Notes: a model not told the origin generated them from the letters alone. A stretch of DNA of 64,000 nucleotides from Raillietiella orientalis (GCA_036172245.1 JAYWIR010000004.1:1-64000); one strand, 5' to 3'; shown: positions 12,862 to 26,600, counted from the stretch's first letter. Numbers and translations are program-made.

Positions 12862-14758
12862 CGCTCTAGGGTGCACGTGTTTTCTCAGTGCTCCTCTTGT
12901 CAGGAAGTCTCCCCCAGTGCAAGCGTCGAGAGGTTCGGTGGTCGATCAGGCAGCGATGCCTGACGCGACCACCAGGAATGGCCAGGGGGCAGCGCCAACG
13001 CCGCCCCCAGAGGCGATGGTGGTGGGGGCATCCGCCCCCACAGAATCGGTCCCCGCTGCAGCGCGGGCGTGTAGCGCCGTTGTGTCGGCGCCATCGCCTG
13101 CAGCCGCGGCGGAATTGTCGGCCTATGTGGAGGAGGGGTACAACCCCTCATTGTTCTACAAGATAGGCAATTTATATTCTTTAGAGAGCGCGTGCGCCTT
13201 CTTGAAGGGCATGCGCGCTCTCGATGTGAAAGAGGAGGAGCTTAGCGCTACGACCATCCGCAGCGGGGGTCAGGACGTTGAGGTCATCTGCAAACAAGCA
13301 GAGCTGGCCCAACGACTGCTTAAAACCTACGTTGTGATGGGGACGAGCAGGCTCCTCCCCACTACGGCGGACCGCAGCATGGTGGTCAACCTGTTAGGCG
13401 TGACCGCGCGAATGCGCAAAGAACAGGTTCCCGCCGCTTTAGAACAGTTTAAAACGGTCCACGCGCAGTGGAAGAAAGTTAGTCCTTTCGAGGACTACAC
13501 GGGGCTGCAACACGGCCTCACTGCTGCGCGCGTGACCGTTAGGGAGAACTGCACACTTCCCCACAAACTGGTGGTCGAAGGCGAAACCGTCGACCTCTGG
13601 TTTGTGGGGAAGCCGAAAAAATGTGACTTCTGCAATACGTCGGGCCACCTCAAAAAGAGGTGTCCCAATGTGCAGTGTTAAGCATGCGGCACAATGGGCC
13701 ACACGGAGGATGTGTGCCCAAAAGCAGCAGTGCGGGTGGTTTCCAAGAGAAACCTTAAAAAACGCGCCGGGCTTCTGCAGAAAAGGCTGGCGGAGAAAGC
13801 TGCAGCGAAGGCTGTGCCACCGGCGCCCAAGAACCAGGAAGCACCCAAGACCCCGAAGACCAACGCCGAAAATGTTGAGGGAGCCGGCCAGGAGACTGGG
13901 TGGCAAGTGGCAACGGCCAAAAAATCAGAAAAGGAGAGGAGGATGGAAAAGAAAATCGCCTATTAACAGAAGAAGAAAGAGCAGGGTAGCGCGATAATTG
14001 AAGAGTGCAGCGTCGTTGTGGAACGCGTTCTCGATGTTGCCGAACGCTGCCGGAAAGAACTTGCCGCTACCGACGACCTCCCCTCTGTTGACACAGTCAA
14101 CAGCGAGGGGAGCGAGCCGGCGGCGGCGTCCGTCATCGACACCACCATCGATGACGTAGCCTTCGCGCGAGCCGCGAAGGAGCTGGCAGCCTCGTTGCAG
14201 CCAGAACCCACCAAGGCTGGCAAGAAGGCCGTAAGGCGTCCGGCCTCCCCTCAGGAGTCCCCCACTTCCGACTCCGAGGTGGAGGCCGGAAGCGCAGCCT
14301 CCGTTTCCACGGCACCGCGCAAGAAGGCTGGACGTAAGTCCACAAAGCCAAGGAAGCTCGTCTCCCCCGTCGAAGGGGAAGAGATGGCTTCCGCAAGCGA
14401 GAGTGCCATGAGCGTGGGAAACTCTCGGGACACATCGCCCGAGAGACTCCCACGCACGGACACGGAGGGGATGGAGGGGGTGGAGGCCGAACAGGTGCCT
14501 CAGGTGCCTGAGAAGGCCGAAACCCCCATGGACATCCCGCCAGCCTCGCAAGAGGAGGGCTTTTCCACACCTTAAACTTCCCAGCAGTAATGCCGGGAAT
14601 CTCCTCCCGCCGTCGTCTGCGCATCGCCGTTTGGAACGTGAACGGCATGACAGACGCCGGCAGGAGACGAGACATGGCCGCCCTTCTGGAGTCCTACGAC
14701 CTTGCGCTGCTGCAGGAGATCCACGTGATCTCTGCAGAACAAGCGCAAGAGATTTCTC
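12862..14758 (+). mobile_element. Family A 5' end, ORF1 (about 12957-14575, internal stops) and start of endonuclease (14590-14758)
   Basis: CDFCNTSGHLKKRC knuckle; WNVNGM..LQEIH; TAATG at 14588-14592. Confidence 0.9.
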
Positions 14759-16365
14759 ACCCGGTCACGCCGGGGCGTTTATTCCATATAACATAACCAA
14801 AAAAAAAGCAATTATACAAAATAAACCAGTTGGGAACCAAACTCCCAACCGACGACTGAACATGAATGAAGAGAATATTGCTGGCACGCAGGCAAGAGTA
14901 ACAGTTTTGTGAACGGTGTGAAGGGGCGGGAAACACAAAGAAACCAAAATAAAATAAAAACAATGAATAAGGAGGACGGGATAAGGGTGTTTGGGATCGC
15001 TCTGGAAGACACGGGGATAAAAGCATGGGCACCGGAAATTTTACCGAGCGAACGGGGACGGGGTATGGGTGGGCGAGAGGTAGCAGGGGTCACCGGATTA
15101 CGTCGTTCTCAAAGGTGTGTAAACCGGCGATGTATGCCGGTGATGTCCTCATTCACCTTGTCACGAAGATGAGACCACCTTGAAGCCTTCTCCATGAATT
15201 GAGCTGCAAGCAGGTGAGCCTCCCTTCGCTGCGATGAAAACTCCAGGGCGTAGCGGGCCTTCACGATGGCGCGAACGCAACACATGGTTGCGACAATCGC
15301 GGCAACTGAAAGCCCATTTCTGCTGAAGAAGCGCCGCAGCACATCAATGGCAGTGCCTCCTTGTGGCATGATGGCCGAAGTGAACCTTCGCCACAGTTTT
15401 CAGAGGTCACCGCAGTCCAACAAAAGGTGCGGAAAAGACTCGATCTCTCCGCACCTTAAACAGTTTGGCAAAGCAGCTTCCCCGGAAACGATGCTTCGCT
15501 GCCTATTACAGTGAAATGCACAATGTAAAAAGAGCAGCACATCTTGTTTCCACTCAAGGGGGAACACAGAGCTGTCCAAACAAACGAAGGGAACCACTAT
15601 CTCTCAGGGGGGCACACTTAAATGTTCGCTCCACCGAAGCATTCCCTATGCCCGATTCCGAGGTGTGGCGGCTTGCACCAGCTCCTTTGTCGTCCAGCTG
15701 CCGAGGAGCACACAGACTCCCGCTATTTTGCAGGAGAACTCCCATTCCGCCGGTAGGCAACCGTCGTTGCTTGCCCTGAGGGCAGACCGCGCTACGGCGA
15801 GTGGTGTGGCGGCCAGACGATCCGACAACTTCTTGTCCTGCATGACTTCGTCCATTTGATGACTGAGGAGAAGTCGCAGGCGTCGAAGTTCTTCCGGGCG
15901 CGTTCCTTCGGAAGCTGCCCACGATGAAAAAGATTCCTGCCGCCATGCATTAATGTTCATGGGGCGGCAGGAGATCCAGCTTTGGGCTTCCAGCAGTGAG
16001 GACAGCTGCCTCAGCGGGAAGCCAAACCCTATTCTGGTGTGCCGAAAGTGGGGTAGCAACGAAAGCAGTCCCTCGCTTCCCGTGCAGCGCCTCAGTATAA
16101 GGCGTGCGGGTAAGCACCACGGCGTACACCACAGCTTGGCACAGAGCCGCAGCATGCGAAACTGCAACTGCAGTTCGATGCTGTTTAAGTCGAGGATGCC
16201 CAAGCCTGCATCCTGACGCGGCGCCACCAAGTCTTTAAGTCTAACACGGGATCTTGCAGCGCCCCACAACGCTTTGCGTAGAAGGCGCTGCGCCCAGACT
16301 TCGACTTCCTGGGGGGGTGGACAAACAAAAAACAGGGGGCGGAGGAGGGGGGCCTTGTATATTGA
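14759..16365 (-). mobile_element. Family C-like ORF2 C-terminus plus 3' UTR
   Basis: RVRLKDLVAPRQDAGLGIL, CLRCGEIESFPHLLLDC; terminal hairpin 14759-14783. Confidence 0.85.
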
Positions 16366-16568
16366 TCCAGATTATTTTATTTTGGTTTCTTTGTGTTTCG
16401 CGCCCCCCCACACCGTTCAAGAAACTGTTACTCTGGCCTGCGTTCCAGCAATATTCTCTTCATTCTTGTTCAGTCGTCGGTTGGGAGTTTGGTTCCCAAC
16501 TGGTTTATTTTGTATAATTGCTTTTTTTGGTTATGTTATATGGAATAAACGCCCCGGCGTGACCGGGT
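16366..16568 (+). mobile_element. Short 3' UTR fragment, inverted copy of about 14759-14955
   Basis: Near-identical reverse complement by eye; terminal hairpin 16544-16568. Confidence 0.8.
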
Positions 16569-18257
16569 GAGAAATCTCCCGGGCTTGATCTGCGGAGATC
16601 ACGTGGATCTCCTGCAGCAGCACCAGGTCGAAGGATGCCAGGGTGGCGGCCACGTCACGCCTCTTGCCTTCGTCGCTTAGCCCGTTCACGTTCCAACAGG
16701 CGATCAGAAGACGACGGCGAGAGGCGATTCCCGGCATTATGGCTGGGAAAGTGGCGTCGCGGCACCTGCCGCGGGGCAGGTGTAGGACAGGTCCATCGGT
16801 AAGAGGACGGAGGCCTCTTCAGGCGCCTGGGGAACCTGTTCGGCCTCCACCCCCTCCATCCCCTCCGTGTCCCTGCGTGGGAGTCTCTCGGGCGACGGGT
16901 CCCGAGAGTTTCCCACGCTCATGGCACCCTCTCTTTCGGAAGCCATCTCTTCCCCTTAGACGGGGGAGACGAGCTTCCTTGGCTTTGTATACTTACGTCC
17001 AGCCTTCTTGCGCGGTGCCGTGGAAACGGAGGCTGCGCTTCCGGCCTCCACCTCGGGGTCGGAAGTGGGGGACTCCTGAGGGGAGGCCGGACGCCTTATG
17101 GCCCTCTTGCCAGCCTTGGAGGGTTCTGGCTGCAACGAGGCTGCCAGCTCCTCCGCGGCTCGCGCGAAGGCTACGCCATCGATGCTGGTGTCGTTGACGG
17201 ACGCCGCCGCCGGCTCGCTCCCCTCGCTGTTGACTGTGTCAACAGAGAGGAGGTCGTCGGTAGCGGCGAGTTGTTTCCGGGAGCGTTCGGCAACATCGAG
17301 AACGCGTTCGACAACGACGCTGCACTCTTTAATTATCGCGCTACCCTGCTCTTTCTTCTTCTGTTGGTAGGCGATTTTCTTTTCCATTTCCCTCTCCTTC
17401 TCTGATTTTTTGGCCGTTACCACTTGCTACTCAGTCTCCTGGCCGGCTCCCTCAACTTTTTCGGCGTTGGTCGCCGGGGTCTCGGGTGCGGCCTGGGTCT
17501 TGGGCGCGGGTCGCACAGCCTTCGCGGCAGCTTTCTCCGCCAGTCTTTTCTGCAGAAGCCGGGCGCGTTTTCTAAGGTTTCTCTTGGAAACCACCCCCAC
17601 TGCTGCTCTTGGGCACACCTTCCTCGTGTGGCCCATTGTGCCGCATACTTGGCACTGCACATTGGGACACCTCTTTTTGAGGTGGCCCGACGTATTGCAG
17701 AAGCCACAGTATTTCGGCTTCCCCATATACCAGAGATCGACGGTTTCGCCTTCGACCACCAGTTTGTGGGGAAGAGTGCAGCCCTCCTGAACGGTCACGC
17801 GCGCAGCAGTGAGGCCGTGTTGCAGCCTCGTGTATTCCTCGAAGGGACTAACTTTCGTCCACTGCACGTGGACCGTTCCAAACTGTTCCAAAGTGACGCG
17901 AACCTGTTCTTTGCGCATTCGCGCGGTCACCCCTAACAGGTGGACCACCATGCTGCGGTCCGCCGTAGTGTGGAGAAGCCTGCGCGTACCCATCACAACG
18001 GGGGTTTTAAGCAGTCGTTGGGCCAGCTTTGCATGTTTGCAGACGACCTCAACGTACTGACCCCCGCTGCGGATGGCCATAGCGCTGAGCTCCTCCTCTT
18101 TCACATCGAGAGCGCGCATGCCCTTCGAGAAGGCGCGCGTGCTCTCTAAGGAATATAAATTGCCTACCTTGTAGAACAATGACGGGTTGTAGCCCTCCTC
18201 CACATAGGCCGACAATTCCGCCGCGCCTGCAGGCGATGGCGCCGACACAACGGCGCT
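16569..18257 (-). mobile_element. Family A ORF1 (5'-truncated) and start of endonuclease (16737-16569)
   Basis: ORF 17427..18248 with two CCHC knuckles; WNVNGL..LQEIH; TAATG overlap 16735-16739. Confidence 0.9.
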
Positions 18258-18796
18258 TTACGTCCGCGCTGCAGTGGGGACGTTAAAGTCCCCGGCGATG
18301 AGGTGCGCCCTTCGCATGTCTGCTTCGGCCAGCCAATCTCGCCGCAGGCCTTCGAAGAACGCAGTGCGTTCCCCGCGCCTGTGGCTCGTGCCGGGCGCGT
18401 ACACGTTGGTCACGACGAGGTCGATCACGTCGGTCCACTTGGCAACAAGCTGCCCGATTTGACCTTCCCCGTCGAAGTGCACGTCGCGCAGCGCATTAAC
18501 GACGGCTGGCTTCAGCATGAAAGCCACACCGCGGGTGCGGTCTCTCCCGTTTTGGTATACGAGCCGCCCGCCTGCGATCCGTTCGATTTCCTGGGCCTCC
18601 CCTGCGTGGAGCACGTGCGTCTCCTGCAGAAGCGCCAGGTCGAAGTCCCGCAGGCTGGCGGCCGCTTCTCTCCTCTTGCCGTCGTCGCGCAACCCGTTGA
18701 CGTTCCAACAGATTACGCGCAGTCGCCGGCAGGAGGAGAGTCCACGCGTTGGTGTGTTTATTGTGCTTGCTTACCGTCCTCCGCCTGCTGTTTGCC
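18258..18796 (-). mobile_element. Family E-like ORF1 tail and endonuclease fragment; close duplicate of about 27835-28352
   Basis: LQETH, NVYAP, AGDFN; high nucleotide similarity to the 27.8-28.3 kb segment. Confidence 0.85.
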
Positions 18797-21780
18797 ACCC
18801 GGATATGCCGGGGCATTTATTATTCTAATTTTTTACAAAAATTAGATAATAAAGTCTTTCAAAAGTTAATTGTAGGAACCACTTGGTTTTCCCACCTTGG
18901 TTGACGTGTCTGTTGCCGGTGCATAGACCGGTTAGGTCCATTCCCGAGGCGCATGGGAAGGGAAAACTAGAACAAAAACAAACAAAAAGAGAGATAACGG
19001 GGAAGGAAACAGTTGTATGGGGAGAGAAGGGGGGCAGGGAAGGGATCACTGAGCGCCTGGGTCGGTCCTCCGCCTCCTGTTCAGAATGCAGTCAAGTTCT
19101 GTTTTAACTCTGAAAGGTAGACGCCACCTTGTCGCCTTCTCTAAAGAGATCGTCGTCCAGTGAATGGCGTCCCTGCATCTTGGGCCTCTTCTTCTGGCGT
19201 GCCACCTTTGCACAATGCCGCGCACGCAGCAGAGGACTGCTAGAGACGCGGCGGGGCGCAGGCCGTGACGCAGAAAGAGGCGACGGTAAATTTCCTTAGG
19301 GTCGCCTACTGGAAGATGGAGGATTGGGGCGATTCGACTCCAGAGTCCATCCAGGGCGACACACTCGAGAATGAGATGCGGGAAGGTTTCTCTTTCTCCG
19401 CATTCGACACAGCAGGCATCCACATTTCCCAGTGTCCAGTGAGACAGGCGTGCTCTGCTTAACAGTCCCCAGTGCAGAAATAGCAACGCCGTCTCCTGCC
19501 ACTTCAACGGAAGTGTGGCGCAATCCCAACACGCTGGGGGCCACTTCACCTCCTCCGGAGGTATTGCGAGCAGCTCTCCCCAGCGCGCAAGTCCGTGAGG
19601 CGGGACGCTCGGAGTGGCAGCGTTAGTGAGCTCCCGAGTCGTCCACGCCTTTAAAGGTTTTTTCCTGCCTCGGATGAGGCAGGACACTTCCCACGATGCC
19701 AGCTCGTTGCTGCTCCTACTGTTTTTCAGGGAGGACAGAACGGGGGCAAGGGGGCTGGAAGAAGCCCACAGAAACTTCCGGGGCGTGTTGATAATATCCT
19801 GCAGCGGCTGTCGAGCGTACGGTCCTCGTCGTAGGCAGTTGTATTCCGCCTCGCTCGTGCCGTTGATCTTAGCCCACGCGGAAGCTGACTCCTGAAGTCA
19901 GGCAGTGCAGTTCGCGGGGATGCAGGAGATCCAGGTATTCTCCCTCATCAGGGCGACCATCTGGCGCAAATCGGGGCCACAGTTGGAGAGGCTGCGCTGG
20001 TAGGCCACGAGGATCGAGGACAATCCTTCGCAGCCGGTCGCTCTTCTGGCGAGGAGCCGTGCCGGATCGCACAATGGCGTCATCCATAAGCTAGCCGCAA
20101 GGGCTAACTTTCGAATTGTTGTTTGAAGTTGGATGCGCTCCAACGTAAGGAGGCCCAAGCCACCATCCCTGCGTGGAGCGCACAAGTCTTTCAATCGGAC
20201 TCGCGACCTCGCTGTGCCCCAAAGGGCAGTCCTCAAGCGGGCTTTGGTCCGTCTCTGTATGATGGGAGGGGCGGGGCAAACAAAAAGTAAGGGGCGAAGG
20301 AGGGGGGCCGCGAACGCGTTCCACACCGCGGCCCGCTCCTGCAAGTAAAACTTGCTGTTCCGGAACGGGCCGATCGCCAACTCCACCTTTTGGAGACGGT
20401 CGGACCAGGCTTCTGCAACGCAGAAGTCCCCCAACGGAACGCCAAGGTACTTCAAGCACCTGCCCGTGGGGATCCCCAAGCGGATCCAGTCCGGCCGTCC
20501 GGCCCACGCCGCATGGTTGAATAGTTGTGGTGATGTTGTAACGATGGAAGATTTCTCTCTGTTCACCTCGAGGCCCGTCCCGCGGCGCAGCAACTCAAAG
20601 AAATCTTCGAGCGCCGACGCCGGGGTGGACCCGGGGAACAGGAGCAGAAGGTCGTCGGCGTAGGCCGACACGGCAGGCGTGCCGGGACACGAGCTTGGCA
20701 GGGTTGCCAGAGTCTCCCTGTATGCCCTCAGCACCAGCTCGAAGTAGATGCTGAAGAGCAAGGGGCTCAGACTGTCACCCTGCCTTATGCCACGCCGAAC
20801 CGGCACGCCGTACACGTGCCGGCCGCTAAAAGAGATGTTGATTAGAGCGAAGCGCCAGCAGGAGCGCAGGTAAGCCCGGAAGACGGCCGGGAATCCCAAG
20901 CGTTCCAGGAGCTCCAGAAGCAGTTCCTGGTCGACGCAATCGAACGCTTTACGCAGATCGACTGCGACCGCAAGGGCACCGGGCGCGGCTCTTCCATGAA
21001 GGGCGTCCCCTCCCTGGTCAGAGGAGAATCCAGGATTCTCTTGACCTCCCTGGTCTTCGCTTTGTTGCAACTGCCACCATGTACTGCAGAGGAACAGGTT
21101 GGCCTCCATGCTTCGTCCGGGAACAGCGTATGTCTGCTCCGGACTCACCACGGATTCCGCCACCCGTCCCAGTCGCTCAGCCCAAAGCTTGGCAAGCAAC
21201 TTCGCATCCGCATTCACTACTGTGATGGGACGCCAGTTGCCTACGTTGCGATTGTCTCCTCCTTTCGGCAGGAGACGTACTCTAGCTGACCGGAACGATT
21301 TGGGAACGTCCCCTTGTTCTCGGATCAGCATGCATAGCCGATGCACCAGGGGGGCCAGCTCCGCCACGAAGCCTTGGTAGAACTCCGCGGGCAGACCGTC
21401 TTCTTCTGGTGCTTTTCTCTTTCGAAGCTTTCCGATGGCGGAGACGATCTCCGCCATCGAGAAAGGCTCCGCGAGTTCATGTGCCTGCTCCTCCTGCAGC
21501 GCGGGGGCGCCTTGCGGCAGCAAGCGCTGCGCCACGGCGCGCTCCGTTGTTCTACGCGCGTACAAAGAGGAGTAATAGTCCCGCAGGATGCGGTTTATTC
21601 TCGCCGGAGCTAAGCATTCTTGACCTTGGGCGTCCAGCAAGCTGGGCGACCCGGATTGCCAGGTCTGTCGCTCAGCCCCAGCTTTATACTCCGCCAGGCG
21701 TCGAACGTCGGGAGTCCTAGAGTAAAGACGGGCGTGGTGGTATGCCCGGTCGTTCCTCAGCCCTCCGCCGAAACCCTTGG
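18797..21780 (-). mobile_element. Family F ORF2 (linker, RT, C-terminus; one internal stop near 19898) plus 3' UTR
   Basis: APEEDG, WRPITVVNADAK, DLRKAFDCV, GIRQGDSLSPLLF, AYADD, KYLG, CVECGERETFPHLILEC; terminal hairpin 18797-18821. Confidence 0.92.
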
Positions 21781-21871
21781 CGAGTGGACGTGTGTTTCCT
21801 TCGCTCCCGAGTGAGTCGACAGGAAGCGGTTTTTTGTTGTGTTGTTTAGTGTGGAACATCGTTGGTGTCCG

Positions 21872-23625
21872 ATGGTAGCGATGCCTGAGGACACCACGAT
21901 GGAGGTAGGTGTGGGGGAGGCTTGCCCACCTTCACAGCCTACAGAATCAGGGGCGTCCGCCCCGGAATCGCCCTCGCCGCTCAAGGCGAGGAGCTGGAGC
22001 GCCATGGTGGCCGCGCCGAGCGCGGAAACCATGGCCGAGATGGCGGCCTACCGGGCAGCTGGGTACAAGCCCAGCTTGGTTTACCCGGTAGGCAATCTCT
22101 TTGACGGGCGAACTGCACGCGCTTTTTCGAAAGCGCTGCAGAACGCCAACGTGTTAGAAAAGGACCTTGACGGTCTATCCGTGCTAAGCGGGGGTCAGCG
22201 CGTTGAGGGTGTCTGCAAGGACATCACCTTGGCGCAAAGCTTGATAACCACCCCGCTGAACGTGGACGGACGCAAGATCCTACCAGTCACGATGGACCGC
22301 TCCGTAGTGGTCCATCTGACAGGGATCACCAGACGCATGACGCGGTCTGCGGTTGGTGATCAGTTAAGAAAGCACGGGGATGTTCACGCGCTTTGGCCAA
22401 AGGCCACAATCTTCGATGGCTACGATAGCCTTTTCGGAGGGCAGGCCGCCGCGCGCGTGACGGTGAACGAGAGTGGGCTTCCCCACAAACTAGAGGTCAA
22501 TGGCGAAGTCGTAGACCTCTGGTACGTGGGGAAACCCTGCTTTTGTGGCTACTGCAATGCAGTAGGACACTTGCGCAAGCGGTGCCCGAACATTGTGTGC
22601 CACTTATGCGGGGAGAAGGGCCACGTACGCCGCGTATGCCCTAAACGCCCCACTCCGGTGCCGCCTGCTGCAAAAAAAGCACAGGCAAAACGCAATAAAC
22701 TGGTCGAAAGACCAAAAAGAGATACTGGCCGGCAGCAGCCGCTAGCCCCTGTTCCTCCCACACAGGCGTCGGAAGAAAAACCCTCCGAAGACGCGGGAGT
22801 CCAAGACGGCTGGCAGCTGGTCAAGGCCAGGAAGGAGAAAAAGGTGTACCCCGCGGAACCCGCGAAAGCGGTAAAAAAGATAGCCGGCAAGGCGAAAAAA
22901 CCTGGGCCGCGCTCTAAGACCATGCGGGAATGTACGGTAGCACTGGAGCGCATAGCCGTTTCCGAGATTGCCACCCGGGGCGACGAGCCTTCCCTCGCCG
23001 TTTCCGCCGCGCCCGAGGTTTGCGACGACGAACCCTCTGTTTACACAGAGGGTGAGCCGCGCGACGCGCCGGTCGACACTGCGGACGCCGCGTTCGCAAA
23101 GGCGGCGGAGGAGCTCGCGGCCACGCTGGCGGAGCGTGAGAACCCCTCACGCAAGGCCGTGCGAAGGCCGGCTCCCGCGAAAAGGCCCCCACAGGTGAGT
23201 CGGACCTGGGGGCCGGAAGTGCATCCTCCTCCTCGGAGGCACCCCCCAGGAAGTCGGGACGCAAGTCCCAGAAACCCAGGAGGCGCCTCCCCTCCACCAG
23301 CGAGGAGGAGAAGCACGAAGGTAGCGGTAGCGTGGGAATCCCGGAGGGGGAACTCCCACGCTCGGAAGCCGTCGAGCCGGCCACCCCCATGGAGGAGGGT
23401 GAGCAGGGGGGCGAAGCCCTCCCTGCAGTCGCCGAGCCTGAACAGCCCGCCCCCATGGAGGAGGGCCAACAGGTAGGCGCGACCCCACCTAAGGGTGACC
23501 CCTTCGACGCGCCGTTACCCATGGAGGAGGGGGACCAGGTGCACGCAGCGCCTGACCCTCCTCCTCCACCTAGCGTCCCGCCCCAACAGGTGGCGGACGC
23601 CGCATCGCCATCTTCCCAGAAATAA
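21872..23625 (+). pseudogene. ORF1 nucleic-acid-binding protein with two CCHC zinc knuckles; apparent frameshift in the low-complexity C-terminal part near 23.2 kb
   Basis: CGYCNAVGHLRKRC-CHLCGEKGHVRRVC; the acidic/Pro-rich tail continues in another frame (ORF 23332..23625) to the ORF2 junction. Confidence 0.8.
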
Positions 23626-26600
23626 CACCTGGGCTCGCCAGTCGCCGTCGGATTCGCGCCGCCTGTTGGAACGTCAACGGGCTGCGCGACGACGGTAACA
23701 GGCGATATACGGCCGACACCCTGCGTGAGCTCGACCTGGCCCTGCTGCAGGAGATCCACGTGATCACCGCGGCAGACGCCCAGGAGATCGAGACGATCGC
23801 GGGGGGTCGGCTGTATTGGCGGTGCGGCCTCCGCAACACCTGCGGGGTCGCGTTCTTCTTGAAGCCGGCCATCGACGCGGCCGTGAAGGGCGTGCGCTTC
23901 GATGACGACGGTCGGGTCGGTCAGCTGATTCTCAGCTGGTCCGACTCGATCGAATTGATCGTCACGAATGTGTACGCCCCAAGCGGTAAACAGGGATACA
24001 GCGACCGTACCAGGCTGCTGGATTCCCTGAAGCGCGACTGGCTGGCGGACACGAACGTGCGGAAGGCTCACCTGATAGCGGGAGATTACAATCTCCGTCT
24101 GCTAACAGGTGAGCCAGAAACACAAGAGAACGCGATGAACGAGTTGTGCGCCGCCATGCGTGCGCGCAACTTGTTCGCGGGTGAGAGGGGAATGGTCCGC
24201 AGCATCGACCACGTCTTCCTCGACGCTGACCTGTGTTCACGGGTCGGCAAACGGGGGAGAGTTGCGTCGACGTTGTCGGACCATTCCCGGTTAATTTTCG
24301 AGATGCGGCCTCGTGACAAGGGACCGCCATCCAGAAATTGGCGTCTGCCGGGGGACTGGACGCGACTCTCAGGTGCGGAGGAATACCTTCGCGAATACCT
24401 GAGAGGTGTCACGCTTCGGAATCTCCAGGACTGGGACCTTTTTAAGGAATCGGTCCGCGAGTTCTGTGAGCAGTTCCCCCTGGATCGCCTGCCCCCCGGA
24501 TTCGGCGAGGGTGCTCGCAACCATCGGGCCTATTTACAGGCTCGTAGTTACGAGAGAACCCCTAATGTCCGTCGCCTGGCCGAGTACCGCGCCGGGGCCG
24601 AACGCCAAGCCTGGCAATCCGGGTCGGCCAGCTTGCTGGACGACCAGGGTCGGGAATGTTCGTCCCCGGCGTCGGTACGGCATCTCGTGCGGAGTTTCTA
24701 TTCCTCCCTTTACGCCAGGCAGCCCCCGGATCGAAACGCCTCTCGGCGCTTGCTTCCGGATGGCGCCCCGGCAATAGGGGAGGAGGAGATGGAAAGCCTC
24801 GACGAGCCTTTTACCACCGGCGAAATTCTCGCCGGTATCAAAACGCTCAAGAGGCGTAAAGCTCCAGGGGAAGACGGCTTGCCCGCGGAGTTCTTTCAGA
24901 GCTTCGCGGAAGAGCTGGCACCCCTGCTGCTTAAGTTGATCAGGCTGATCCGAGACGAAGGCGATGTTCCCGCCTCGTTTCGGTCAGCCAGAGTGAGGCT
25001 CCTGCCGAAAGGGGGAGACCTCAGGGATTTAAAGAACTGGCGTCCGATCACGATCGTGAATACGGACGCCAAGTTGATCGCAGGGCTAAGGGCTTCGCGT
25101 CTGGGGCAGGTGGCAGAATCCGTAATTAGCCCGGAGCAGACTTATGCTGTTCCCGGGCGAAGTATGGATGCCAACCTCTTCTTCGAGGGCACATGGGTGC
25201 ACCGGCAGAGAAGAGAGAAGAAAGGGATAGGGAAAGTCGGCAACCCCACATTGGGGCCGCCAGCCGGGCTGGGAAGGGACCCCCGGGCGGGGAAGGGGGC
25301 CCTAGCGCTTGCAGTCGATCTCCACAAGGCGTTCGACTGTGTAGACCAGGAACTTCTCTTGGAGCTCCTGGGTCGCATGGGCTTTCCACCCTCCCTGATT
25401 TCCTACCTGCGCTCTTGCTGGCGGAACGCGATAATTACCGTCTCTTTCAGCGGTCAAAAGGTGTATGGCGTGCCGGTGCGGCGGGGCATAAGGCAGGGAG
25501 ATAGCCTCAGCCCCCTGCTCTTCAGCACCTACTTTGAGTTGGTGCTGAGAGCGTACAGGGTGACTTTGGCCCCATTGCCGAGCTCGTGCCCCGTCACGCC
25601 CGCCGTAGCAGCGTACGCCGACGATCTTCTGCTTTTGTTGCCAATGTCCACCCCGGCAAAGGCGGTCGGAGACTTCTTCGATCTGCTCAGCCGCGGGACC
25701 GGACTGCAGGTTAACAGGGCGAAGTCGTCGGTTGTGCCAATAAATGTGGCGTGGGCAGGGCAGCAGGACTGGGTCCGTCTGGGGATCCCCACGGCGAGGT
25801 GCTTCAAGTACCTTGGTGTGCCGTTGGGGGACTACTCCCCTGCGGAAGCGTGGTCCAGCTGCCTCCAAAAAGTCGAGACGGCGATCGGCCCGTTCCTGGA
25901 AGGCAAGTTTCACTTGCCGGAACGGGCCGCGGTTTGGAACGCCTTCGCGGCCCCCATCCTCCGCCCCTTGCTTTTTGTTTGCTCCCCCACCGTGGAATCC
26001 AAGAAGAGGAAGAAGGACCTCCTCCGTATCGCCCTTTGGGGCAAGGGGAGGCCCCGAGTCCCACTGAAGGACTTGTGCGTTCCGCGTCGGGATGGCGGTC
26101 TTGGCCTCCTGACGCTGGAGCGCGTGGAAAAGCAGCTGCCGTGGCGAACCCTCGCCATCGCAGCGAAGATGTGGAGCACCCCTTGGTGCACTCCGGCCCG
26201 CCTCCTGGCCAGCCGTGTGTCCCGGTGCGATGGACTCGCGTCTTTTCTTCTGAGCCGTGGCCGGAAGATGCGAAGATGCGGCCTACTGCTCGGGCGCATG
26301 GCAACATTTGCCAAGGAGAACAGCTGGATGGTTTGCTGCCCCGCCAACTCCCCCGCCTGGCTGGAGGAGAATATTGGAACGTGGGCAGTAGTTAACCAGA
26401 GAAGCCACGAGACGTGGAATCGTCTCCGATGCAGCCCCTACGCCCGCTGCACGCTGCGGAATCTCCTGGAGAGTCCAGCAAGATGCACGTGGGCAGAGAC
26501 GACCTGCCTAGCTACGGCGCTACCCTTCCTAAGGAGGGCACTTTACAGCACCCGGACGCCAAGGTGGCAAGTCTCCTGCTGCATCGAGGGACGGGAGAAG

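Noticed and set aside
21781..21859. N-terminus of ORF 19898..21859 as a genuine start
   Set aside because: It is the antisense of the neighbouring element's 5' UTR read through the junction
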